Shown here: positions 25,120 through 32,100 of the stretch, piece by piece | How the letters are laid out: each line of letters opens with the position of its first letter | How positions within the stretch are numbered: position 1 is the first letter of the stretch | From: an uncultured Terriglobales bacterium | GTDB lineage: Bacteria; Acidobacteriota; Terriglobia; Terriglobales; Acidobacteriaceae | Reading direction: 5' to 3' | DNA length: 32,100 nt | Assembly (NCBI GenBank): GCA_964439635.1 | Contig: CAYTPH010000001.1 | Location: 3,969-36,068, forward strand | Made by a program: the position numbers and the translations under genes | Notes under the pieces: model-generated | Database searches by the model: none | The model's input: only the letters and a program-made list of their open reading frames with translations | Told to the model about the DNA's origin: nothing

Positions 25120-26388
25120 ATGGCCGAACTTCAGAACACCCTGGGGACGGTGACGCCGGGCCGCGGCACGGCGCTGGCGCCTATCCGCGAGCCTCTGTTC
25201 AGCACGCTGTGGGTCGCCGCCGTCATCTCCTACACCGGCACCTGGATGCAGAACCTGGGTGCGGGCTGGCTGATGACCTCGCTCACCACCTCGCCGCTGA
25301 TGGTCGGGCTGGTGCAGGCCGCCACCAGCCTGCCGGTCTTCCTGGTGGTGCTGCCCGCGGGCGCGCTGGCCGACATCGTCGACCGCCGCCGCCTGTTGCT
25401 CTTCACCCAGATGTGGATGGTGCTGGCCGCCGCCTCGCTGGGCGCGCTGACGCTTGCCGGCGCGGTCACCCCCTGGACCCTGCTGCTGTTCACCTTCTTC
25501 CTCGGCCTGGGCGCGGTGATGAACGACCCCGCCTGGCAGGCCATCACGCCGGAGATCGTCTCGCGGCGCAACCTGCACAGCGCGGTGGCGCTGAACTCCG
25601 CCGGATTCAACGTGGCGCGCGCCATCGGCCCGGCGGTGGGCGGCGCGGTCATCGCCGCCGCCGGTTCCGGCTACGCCTTCCTGCTGAATGCGGCTTCTTT
25701 CTTCGGCGTCATCCTGTTCCTCTACCGCTGGAAGCGGGCGCCGGAGCACCACGCCGCCACCGTCCCGACCCTGCGCTCGGCGCTGCGCGCCGGCTTCCGC
25801 TACCTACGCAACTCGCCCCCGGTGCAGTCGGTGCTGGTGCGGACGGGGCTGTTCAGCATCTTCGCCTCCGCCGTCTGGGCACTGCTGCCGCTGATCGCCT
25901 GGCCGCACGGCTCCGTCGGCTTCGGACTGCTGCTGGGCTCCTTCGGCGTGGGGGCGCTGGCGGGCGCCACCTTGATCCACCCGCTGCGGTGCCGCATGTC
26001 GGTGGACGCGATGGTCGCCTCGGCCACCCTGGCGTTCGCCACCGCTACCGCGTCCCTGGCCTACCTGAAGGGCTTCGCCGCATTGCTGGGCGCGCTGTTC
26101 CTGGGCGGCGGGGCGTGGATCACCATCCTGGCCAGCCTGAACGTCTCGGCGCAGACCATGTCCCCGGCCTGGGTGCGCGCCCGGGCGATTTCCATGTATC
26201 TTCTGGTACTGCAGGGCGGGATGGCCGGAGGCAGCGCGCTGTGGGGCGCGGTCGCCGACCGCTGGGGCATGGAGACGTCGCTGCTGGTCGCAGCCGGCGG
26301 ACTCGTCGCCGGCCTGATCAGCATCAGGTGGCACCGGCTGCGGGTCCACGACGTGGAACTGACCGCACCGGTGACAGCTCCCGGCTAG
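25120..26388 (+). CDS. MFS transporter (ENTS / MFS_3 enterobactin-exporter-like family)
   Basis: I chose ATG 25120 (track ORF starts far upstream at 24280, inside the permease gene). FSTLWVAAVISYTGTWMQNLGAGWLMTSLTTSPLMVGLVQAATSLPVFLVVLPAGALADIVDRRRLL is the characteristic ENTS-family N-terminus. 422 aa, about 12 TM helices. Confidence 0.85.
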   Translation: MAELQNTLGTVTPGRGTALAPIREPLFSTLWVAAVISYTGTWMQNLGAGWLMTSLTTSPLMVGLVQAATSLPVFLVVLPAGALADIVDRRRLLLFTQMWMVLAAASLGALTLAGAVTPWTLLLFTFFLGLGAVMNDPAWQAITPEIVSRRNLHSAVALNSAGFNVARAIGPAVGGAVIAAAGSGYAFLLNAASFFGVILFLYRWKRAPEHHAATVPTLRSALRAGFRYLRNSPPVQSVLVRTGLFSIFASAVWALLPLIAWPHGSVGFGLLLGSFGVGALAGATLIHPLRCRMSVDAMVASATLAFATATASLAYLKGFAALLGALFLGGGAWITILASLNVSAQTMSPAWVRARAISMYLLVLQGGMAGGSALWGAVADRWGMETSLLVAAGGLVAGLISIRWHRLRVHDVELTAPVTAPG

Positions 26389-26407
26389 ATCTGATTTCAA
26401 AACAAAT

Positions 26408-26483
26408 CCACCACGGAGACACAGACGCACGGAGGAAGAAAAGCACAAAGAAACTTCTCCGTGTCTCCGTGCCTCCGTGGTGG
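26408..26483. repeat. REP-like imperfect palindromic element built from three CACGGAG-type units per arm (copy A)
   Basis: CCAC-CACGGAG-A-CACAGAC-G-CACGGAG..loop..CTCCGTG-T-CTCCGTG-C-CTCCGTG-GTGG. It starts 20 nt after the MFS stop codon. It is related to the copy at 27108-27176. Confidence 0.75.
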
Positions 26484-26504
26484 GTCTTTCAGTAAGGAGA
26501 GACA

Positions 26505-27095
26505 ATGAAACTGTGGGGATGGGCGGTTGTGGTCGCGCTGGCGTTGTGCACCTTCGCCGGTGCGCAGGAAGCCAAGAAAGAAACCAAGGGGCCGATCGGC
26601 GTCTCGGCGGCCATGCACAAGAGCCTCTCCGGCATGGAGGAGGAGTTCGTGGGCGCGGCCGACGCCATGCCCGAAGACAAGTACAACTACGTGCCCACCC
26701 AGGGCGAGTTCAAGGGCGTGCGCGACTTCGCCAGCCAGGTGAAGCACGTGGCCTCGGTGCACTACATCCTGGGCGCGGCCATCACCGGCGAGAAGCCTCC
26801 CGCCGACCTGGTCGGCGAAGGTGAGAACGGCCCCGATTCGGTCAAGGGCAAGGCCGCGGTCATGAAGTACCTGAAGGACAGCTTTGCGTACGCGCACAAG
26901 TCACTGAACGCCATCACCGACCAGAACGCCACCGAGCCGCTGAAGAGCCCCTTCGGCCCGGGACAGATGACGCGGCTGGAAATGGCCGTCATCCTGGTCA
27001 GCCACGGCTTCAACCACTACGGCCAGATGGTGGAGTACCTGCGGCTGAACGGCATCGTGCCACCCGCCAGCCGGCCAAGACCGCAGCAGCAGTAG
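26505..27095 (+). CDS. Exported DinB-family (DinB_2, four-helix-bundle metalloprotein) protein
   Basis: AAGGAG SD. Signal peptide MKLWGWAVVVALALCTFAGA. DinB-like His positions (..FASQVKHVASVHY.., ..ILVSHGFNHYGQMVEYLRLNGIVPP). Confidence 0.8.
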   Translation: MKLWGWAVVVALALCTFAGAQEAKKETKGPIGVSAAMHKSLSGMEEEFVGAADAMPEDKYNYVPTQGEFKGVRDFASQVKHVASVHYILGAAITGEKPPADLVGEGENGPDSVKGKAAVMKYLKDSFAYAHKSLNAITDQNATEPLKSPFGPGQMTRLEMAVILVSHGFNHYGQMVEYLRLNGIVPPASRPRPQQQ

Positions 27096-27107
27096 AACAA
27101 CACCTCA

Positions 27108-27176
27108 CCACAGAGACACAGAGGCACGCAGGAGAAACAGCAAGACCTTTTCTCTGTGTCTCTGTGCCTCTGTGGG
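27108..27176. repeat. REP-like imperfect palindromic element, CACAGAG-unit variant (copy B)
   Basis: CCACAGAG-A-CACAGAG-G-CACGCAG..loop..CTCTGTG-T-CTCTGTG-C-CTCTGTGG. It starts 13 nt after the DinB stop. The track's GTG start at 27172 lies inside this element. Confidence 0.75.
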
Positions 27177-27216
27177 CGATTTTCCGCGGGCTCGGCGAGA
27201 GTGTAGGCTTGTCCGC

Positions 27217-27774
27217 ATGGGCAAGCGCGTGTGTCCGTGGTGGCTGGGCTATCTGCTGGCGTGCCCGCTGCGGCGCTGGGCGGAGGACCCGGCGAAGCTG
27301 CTCGCTCCCTGCGTCCGCGAGGGCATGACGGTGCTCGAGCCCGGCCCCGGCATGGGCTTCTTCACTCTCGATCTGCTGCGGATGGTGGGACCCTCGGGCC
27401 GGGTGGTCGCCGTCGACATCCAGCCGAAGATGCTCGACCGGCTGAAGCGGCGCGCCGCCAAAGCCGGGCTGCAGGAGCGCCTGGATGCGCGCCTGGCGAC
27501 CGCCGAGTCCATGGGCATCGCCGACCTGGATGGGCAGGTGGACTTCACCCTGGCCTTCGCCGCGGTGCACGAGTTCCCCGACGCGCAGACCTTTTTCTCG
27601 CAGGCGGCCGCAGCCTTGAAGCCCGACGGAACGCTGCTGCTGGCCGAGCCGCGCGGACACGTGAAGGAGCAGGAGTTCGCGGAAGAGTTGGAGGCGGCGG
27701 CGAAGGCAGGATTCACCGTCGCGGAGCGGCCGGCGATCCGGCGGAGCCATGCGGCGGTGCTGCGGAAGGGATAA
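27217..27774 (+). CDS. Class I SAM-dependent methyltransferase
   Basis: I chose ATG 27217 (MGKRVCPWWLGYLL..). SAM-binding motif I is VLEPGPGMGFFTLDL, followed by VVAVDIQPKMLD and the post-I/II motifs. 185 aa. Confidence 0.8.
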   Translation: MGKRVCPWWLGYLLACPLRRWAEDPAKLLAPCVREGMTVLEPGPGMGFFTLDLLRMVGPSGRVVAVDIQPKMLDRLKRRAAKAGLQERLDARLATAESMGIADLDGQVDFTLAFAAVHEFPDAQTFFSQAAAALKPDGTLLLAEPRGHVKEQEFAEELEAAAKAGFTVAERPAIRRSHAAVLRKG

Positions 27775-27795
27775 GACACAAGGTCCTTCGACTCC

Positions 27796-27824
27796 GCGGC
27801 CGGCTCGCAAAGCGAGCCGGCCGC
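27796..27824 (+). terminator. Perfect 13-bp GC-rich hairpin downstream of the methyltransferase gene (terminator-like, no clear U-tract)
   Basis: GCGGCCGGCTCGC-AAA-GCGAGCCGGCCGC, followed by TTCGCT. It lies 22 nt after the stop at 27774. Confidence 0.5.
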
Positions 27825-27885
27825 TTCGCTCAGGATGACAAGAGTTGAGTTTCCTCGGCGCTCTCGGCGAGCTCAGCGGTGAACT

Positions 27886-27912
27886 AGAAAAGCACAGCCG
27901 GGGCGGCTGTGC
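27886..27912 (-). terminator. Rho-independent terminator of the HEAT-repeat gene
   Basis: On the minus strand: GCACAGCCG-CCC-CGGCTGTGC, followed by TTTTCT. It lies 21 nt after the stop at 27934. Confidence 0.65.
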
Positions 27913-27933
27913 CACAAGCTCGGCGGTGAAGAA

Positions 27934-30189
27934 TCAGTGGGTAGCGCTGAGGGCCTTCTGGCTCTCGCGGGCCAGCGGGTCGTCGGGGGATTTCTCGACG
28001 AAGCTGGTCAGGGCGCGGATGGCGGCTTCGCTCTTGTTCTTGCGCAGGGCGTGCAGCGCCGCGCGCCGCACCGGCATCTCCAGCTCGGCCGCGGCCAGCA
28101 CGTTCCCCAGCAGCTCCGCCGACTGCTCGCTCTGCTGCCCGGCGAGCGCCTGCACCGCCTTCTCCGCCGCCTTGGGCTTGCCTTTGCCGTCGACGAAGAT
28201 GTAGCGCTCCAACGCCGGCACGGTGGCGGGGTCGCGCAGGAACATCAGTTCCTCCAGCACCTGGTCCAGGACGTGGGGGCCGAAGTAGGGCAGCGCGTCG
28301 GCGATCGCCTGGGCGCGTCCCGGGACGCGGTTCTTGTTGATGGCGGCCAGTGCCGCCTGCTGCACCCGCTCGTCGGGATGCTGCAGCGCCGGCGCCAGGT
28401 CGGCCAGCAGGTCCGGGTCCTTCAGGTCGCCCAGCAGCTTGCAGGCGTTGCGGACCACGTACCAGTGCTTGTGCTGCAAGCGCTGGCGGGCGTGGTCGAG
28501 CGCGGGCGCGCCCATCTGCCCGATGAACCGCATCAGCACCATGCGGTTGCTGGCCTGGCTCTCGTGCTCCAGCAGGGTGAACAGCTTCTCGATGCCGGTC
28601 TGCCCCGACCAGCGGATCATGGCCAGCGACGACTTCACCCAGGCGGCGTCGTCTTTCTTCTCCAGCAGCAGTTCGACCATGCGCTCGATGGCCTTTTCCG
28701 GCAGGAGTTGCGGCAGCCCGCCCTGGCAGCACTTGACGTGCACGGCAGGGTCGCGCGGCGCCGACTTCTCCATGGCCGTGCCGATCATCTGCACAATGTC
28801 GTAGTCCTCGTAGATGGCCACCACCTTCGACAGTGCCACCATGCAGTTGGCCACCTGGAAGTGGACGAACTGGTTCAGGTCGTCGCGCAGCAGCGCGGTG
28901 CACAGCCGTTCGGCGGTGCCGCGGGCGAAGCCGGTGGCGCGCACCGGGCCCATCAGCGCGACCAGCTCCGGGCCACGGCCCAGCTCTTCCGGCTGGATCT
29001 CCTTGGCTTCCAGGACGTTGAAGTAGCGGCCGGCGAGCTGCGAGGCTTCTTCGTGCTTCTGGTCCTTGAGCAGGTCGCGGATCAGCTCCACCATGCGGCG
29101 GAACTCGATCAGCCCGAAGCGCTCCACCTTCATCAGCTCTTCCAGCTTCTGCTTGGTGGGGACGCCCACCCACTTCAGCTCGTCCTGGATGCGCTTGTAG
29201 GTGCTGGGCGGAAAGACATGCTCCTGCACGAACTTGGCCAGCTTGGTGGCCATGCGGTTGGCCATGCGCGTGGCCTGCAGGGAGCGCACCAGGACGCGCA
29301 CCACGTCCTCTTCCACCACGATGGCTTCGGTGCCCACCGGCGCCGAGGCCAGCTTCTGCACCGCCCACTGGATGGCGGTGTCTTCGATGAACTCGCCGGC
29401 CACCTGCTCCGGGGGCGCGTCCTTCAGCTCCTGTTGGCGGGCCGCGGGAAAGGCGGACATCACCATGTCCGGCTTCAGGTCCTGCAGGATGCGCGCCAGG
29501 GCGACGTAGGATTTCTGCGGGTCGCCGCGATGGTCCACCAGCGCCGCCTCCACCGTCGGCCCGATCAGCCGCATGATGTCGGTGGGGCCGCCGCGGAAGT
29601 CCTCCGGCGGCTTCTCGATGCAGGCGCTCTCCAGCAGCATGCTGATGCTCTCCATGCCCGCGAAGAACGGGGGGACGACGCCCGCCTGCGCGTCCTTGGT
29701 CATCAGGAACTGCTCGGCGTCGGTCTCCAGGACAGTGTCGCCGCTCTCGGTGCGCTGCTGGTTCTTGCCCGCGGGAAAGATGCGCACGCCCTCGATGGAA
29801 TTCTGCGCGATCAACACCGCCGGGCCGCCCATCTCCTCGATGGCTTTGGTGGGCGTGGCCATGACCGCCACCGCCTGCTTGTAGCGCGCCAGCGTCAGCC
29901 CGGCTTCGAAGGTGACCGCGCCGATGCCGCGCTTCAGGAAATCGTTCTCCAGCTGGGCCAGCCCGGCGTCCGTGGTCAGGATGTTGTTCAGCATGATCCT
30001 GTTCTCCACGAAGCCCAGGGTGAACTGGTTGGTCTGCTTGATGAGAGCGTTGAGGGTGTCGAAGCTGGCCTGCAGCGGCCCGGCGGCCACCCGGTGGTCC
30101 ACCGACAGCATCGTGACCGTGCGGATCACGACCTGCAGGGAGCGCGCGTAGCGCAGTCCCTGGACCTTCAGTTGTTTCTTATCCAGCAT
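27934..30189 (-). CDS. Large cytoplasmic protein with C-terminal HEAT/armadillo-type repeats and an uncharacterised ~430-aa N-terminal region
   Basis: The ORF is open to 30201 (GTG); I prefer ATG 30189 (MLDKKQLKVQGL..). The C-terminal third has HEAT-like units (HWYVVRNACKLLGDLKDPDLLADLAPALQHPDERVQQAALAAI.., DPATVPALERYIF.., EMPVRRAALHALRK). The start is uncertain and there is no clear SD. Confidence 0.75.
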   Translation of the reverse strand: MLDKKQLKVQGLRYARSLQVVIRTVTMLSVDHRVAAGPLQASFDTLNALIKQTNQFTLGFVENRIMLNNILTTDAGLAQLENDFLKRGIGAVTFEAGLTLARYKQAVAVMATPTKAIEEMGGPAVLIAQNSIEGVRIFPAGKNQQRTESGDTVLETDAEQFLMTKDAQAGVVPPFFAGMESISMLLESACIEKPPEDFRGGPTDIMRLIGPTVEAALVDHRGDPQKSYVALARILQDLKPDMVMSAFPAARQQELKDAPPEQVAGEFIEDTAIQWAVQKLASAPVGTEAIVVEEDVVRVLVRSLQATRMANRMATKLAKFVQEHVFPPSTYKRIQDELKWVGVPTKQKLEELMKVERFGLIEFRRMVELIRDLLKDQKHEEASQLAGRYFNVLEAKEIQPEELGRGPELVALMGPVRATGFARGTAERLCTALLRDDLNQFVHFQVANCMVALSKVVAIYEDYDIVQMIGTAMEKSAPRDPAVHVKCCQGGLPQLLPEKAIERMVELLLEKKDDAAWVKSSLAMIRWSGQTGIEKLFTLLEHESQASNRMVLMRFIGQMGAPALDHARQRLQHKHWYVVRNACKLLGDLKDPDLLADLAPALQHPDERVQQAALAAINKNRVPGRAQAIADALPYFGPHVLDQVLEELMFLRDPATVPALERYIFVDGKGKPKAAEKAVQALAGQQSEQSAELLGNVLAAAELEMPVRRAALHALRKNKSEAAIRALTSFVEKSPDDPLARESQKALSATH

Positions 30190-30226
30190 GACTCGACACA
30201 CCCGTGGTTCGGCCGTTCTACTCCGG

Positions 30227-30235
30227 TTTATAGCA
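30227..30235 (-). promoter_or_regulatory. Candidate extended -10 promoter (TGcTATAAA, minus strand) for the HEAT-repeat gene
   Basis: The minus strand reads ttcGTGCTATAAAcc. It shares GTGCTATA with the element at 20323-20330. It lies 25-37 nt upstream of the candidate starts. Confidence 0.35.
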
Positions 30236-30410
30236 CGAAATGACGGGCTCGGACTGCGCTGGCCGTCACTGGCGGTTGATTACGCGGGTAACGGCCCGCC
30301 GCGCCGCGCGCAGAAGTACACGGCCATTGGTGCTCGTGGCGCTGGTGCCTCGCCGGCTGTCGCGCGGGCGCCCCGCCCGTGCACCACAGCCCCGCGCAGC
30401 GGGGTGATTG

Positions 30411-30441
30411 AAAAAAGAGGCCCGGCCTAAGCCGGGCCTCT
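30411..30441 (-). terminator. Rho-independent terminator of ppdK
   Basis: On the minus strand: AGAGGCCCGGC-TTAG-GCCGGGCCTCT, followed by TTTTTT. It lies 13 nt after the TAG stop (30457-30455). Confidence 0.9.
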
Positions 30442-30454
30442 TCAAAGGCGGAGC

Positions 30455-32100
30455 CTACTTCGTCCGTCCGCCCTCCACCTTCAGGCTTTCGCTGGCCGCG
30501 GCCTGGGCCGCCGCCAGCCGCGCCGTCAGCACGCGGAAGGGTGAGCACGAAACGTAATTCATCCCGACCTTGTAGCAGAACTCCACCGACGCCGGCTCCC
30601 CGCCGTGCTCGCCGCAGATCCCGACTTTCAGGTCGGGACGGCTGGCCCGGCCCTTCTGCACGCCCATGTGCACCAGCTGGCCCACGCCCTCCTGGTCCAG
30701 CACCGCGAACGGGTCCTGTTTCAGGATGCCCTCGGCGATGTACGTCGGCAGGATCTTGTTCACGTCGTCGCGCGAGAAGCCGAAGGTGGTCTGCGTCAGG
30801 TCGTTGGTGCCGAAGCTGAAGAACTCGGCCTCCTTGGCGATCTCGTCGGCTACCAGCGCCGCCCGCGGCAGCTCGATCATGGTCCCGACCAGGTACTCCA
30901 CCTTCATCTCCTTCTCGGCGAAGACCTCTTCGGCGACGCGCCGCACGATGGCCGCCTGGTTGGCGAACTCCTTCAGGCTGGCGGTGAGCGGGATCATGAT
31001 CTCCGGCTTCACCTTCACCCCGTCCTTCGCCACCGTGACCGCCGCCTCGATGATGGCGCGCGCCTGCATCTCGGTGATCTCCGGGTAAGTGCTGCCCAGG
31101 CGGCAGCCGCGGTGTCCCAGCATGGGGTTCAGCTCGTGCAGCTGGTTCACTCGGTTCCGCAGCGTGCGCAGCTCCTTCAGCTTGGGCGAGCGCGGCTTGG
31201 TGGCTTCCAGCACCGCGATCTCCACCATCAGCTGCTCGCGGCTGGGCAGGAACTCGTGCAGTGGCGGATCCAGGGTGCGGATGGTCACCGGGAACCCGTC
31301 CATCGCCCGGAACACTCCGATGAAATCCGACCGCTGCATGGGCAGGAGTTTCCTTAGCGCCGCCCGCCGCGACTTCTCCTCGCTGGCCAGGATCATGGCC
31401 CGCATGTGCTTGATCCGATCCTCCCCGAAGAACATGTGCTCGGTCCGGCAGAGGCCGATGCCCTCGGCGCCGAAGGCGCGGGCCTGGATGGCGTCGCGGG
31501 GGATGTCGGCGTTGGCGCGGACGCCCATCTTACGGAAGGGCTCGGCCCAGGCCATGAACTTCAGCAGCTCGGGGTCGTCGGGCGAGGCCTCGGCGGTGTT
31601 CAGCTTGCCGGCAATGACGCGGCCGCTGGTGCCGTCGAGCGAGATCCAGTCGCCCTCCTTGAAAGTCTGGCCCTTGACGCGCATCTCGCGGGCCTTCTCG
31701 TCGACGTCGATCTCGCCGGCGCCGGCCACGCAGCACTTGCCCATGCCGCGGGTGACCACGGCAGCGTGCGAGGTCATGCCGCCCCGCGAGGTCAGGATGC
31801 CCTTGGCCACTTCCATGCCGTGGATGTCTTCGGGCGTGGTCTCGGCGCGCACCAGGATGACCGAGGCCTTCTTGTCCTTGTTCACGCGCGCCACGGCCTC
31901 GTCGGCGGTGAAGACGATCTGTCCGACGGCAGCGCCCGGCGAGGCGGGCAGCCCAGTCGCCAGCACATCCACCTTCACGCCCTTCTCCACCAGCTTGGGC
32001 ACCAGGAAGTCGTAGAGCTGGTTGGGGTCGACGCGGAAGATGGCCTCTTCCTTGGTGATCAGGCCTTCCTCCACCATGTGGATAGCGATGCGGACGGCGG
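30455..32100 (-). CDS. ppdK: Pyruvate, phosphate dikinase; the C-terminal ~548 aa, with the N-terminus beyond the window edge
   Basis: The frame is open to the window end. It contains the phospho-His swivel motif GGMTSHAAVVTRGMG, the PEP/pyruvate domain motifs GIGLCRTEHMF, FFSFGTNDLTQ and GICGEHGG, and the typical C-terminal end ..SCSPFRVLTARLAAAQAA. Confidence 0.95.
   Translation of the reverse strand, partial: AVRIAIHMVEEGLITKEEAIFRVDPNQLYDFLVPKLVEKGVKVDVLATGLPASPGAAVGQIVFTADEAVARVNKDKKASVILVRAETTPEDIHGMEVAKGILTSRGGMTSHAAVVTRGMGKCCVAGAGEIDVDEKAREMRVKGQTFKEGDWISLDGTSGRVIAGKLNTAEASPDDPELLKFMAWAEPFRKMGVRANADIPRDAIQARAFGAEGIGLCRTEHMFFGEDRIKHMRAMILASEEKSRRAALRKLLPMQRSDFIGVFRAMDGFPVTIRTLDPPLHEFLPSREQLMVEIAVLEATKPRSPKLKELRTLRNRVNQLHELNPMLGHRGCRLGSTYPEITEMQARAIIEAAVTVAKDGVKVKPEIMIPLTASLKEFANQAAIVRRVAEEVFAEKEMKVEYLVGTMIELPRAALVADEIAKEAEFFSFGTNDLTQTTFGFSRDDVNKILPTYIAEGILKQDPFAVLDQEGVGQLVHMGVQKGRASRPDLKVGICGEHGGEPASVEFCYKVGMNYVSCSPFRVLTARLAAAQAAASESLKVEGGRTK

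Noticed and set aside
26408-27176. The repeated CACRGAG/CTCYGTG units as a CRISPR array or as MITE terminal inverted repeats mobilising dinB.
   Set aside because: Each element is a self-contained hairpin of 7-mer units, not a direct repeat separated by unique spacers. No target-site duplications or transposase are visible. A REP-like or terminator element is the simpler reading.
30188-30548. Small ORFs in the ppdK/HEAT intergenic region: 30188-30430(+) and 30228-30548(-).
   Set aside because: They are Arg/Gly/Pro-rich with no SD. They span a terminator hairpin and a promoter-like box, so they are most likely non-coding.

Overview
High-GC (roughly two-thirds G+C by eye) chromosomal segment. 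It is probably from an Acidobacteriota-type genome; this is an inference from the giant CarboxypepD_reg-type TonB-dependent receptor, the Ig/PKD-repeat surface protein and 'HRGTE/CLCVSVV'-type palindromic intergenic repeats. I call 22 CDS (two truncated by the window edges), one tRNA-Glu(UUC), several clear rho-independent terminators, two related REP-like hairpin elements and some candidate promoters. Gene order: tail of an EPS locus (BY-kinase end, TPR/CBM protein, Wzy/O-antigen-ligase-like protein, UDP-sugar dehydrogenase); a small exported protein; a 1337-aa TonB-dependent receptor; an 1832-aa exported FG-GAP propeller plus 11 PKD-like repeat protein; a two-gene unknown operon; an orphan STAS protein; tRNA-Glu; a TPR protein; an exported protein; a corrinoid-protein plus non-Pyl MttB-family methyltransferase pair; a DUF4440-like protein; a PIG-L deacetylase fusion; an APC permease; an MFS exporter; a DinB-family protein; a SAM methyltransferase; a 751-aa HEAT-repeat protein; and the 3' two-thirds of ppdK. 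No integrase, transposase, CRISPR or phage genes are visible. The most unusual item is the C-terminal end of the giant surface protein (14680-14970): a PEP-CTERM-like sorting-signal layout that is not terminal, followed by an internal lipoprotein-signal-like helix, a Cys, a Gly run and a short beta-rich tail. Other items worth follow-up are the orphan MttB/corrinoid module, covarying triple-unit hairpin elements flanking dinB, and several -10 boxes placed so close to start codons that the mRNAs look leaderless. The very long antisense ORFs in the track are high-GC shadow ORFs. All functional calls rest on motif recognition by eye; no database search was possible.
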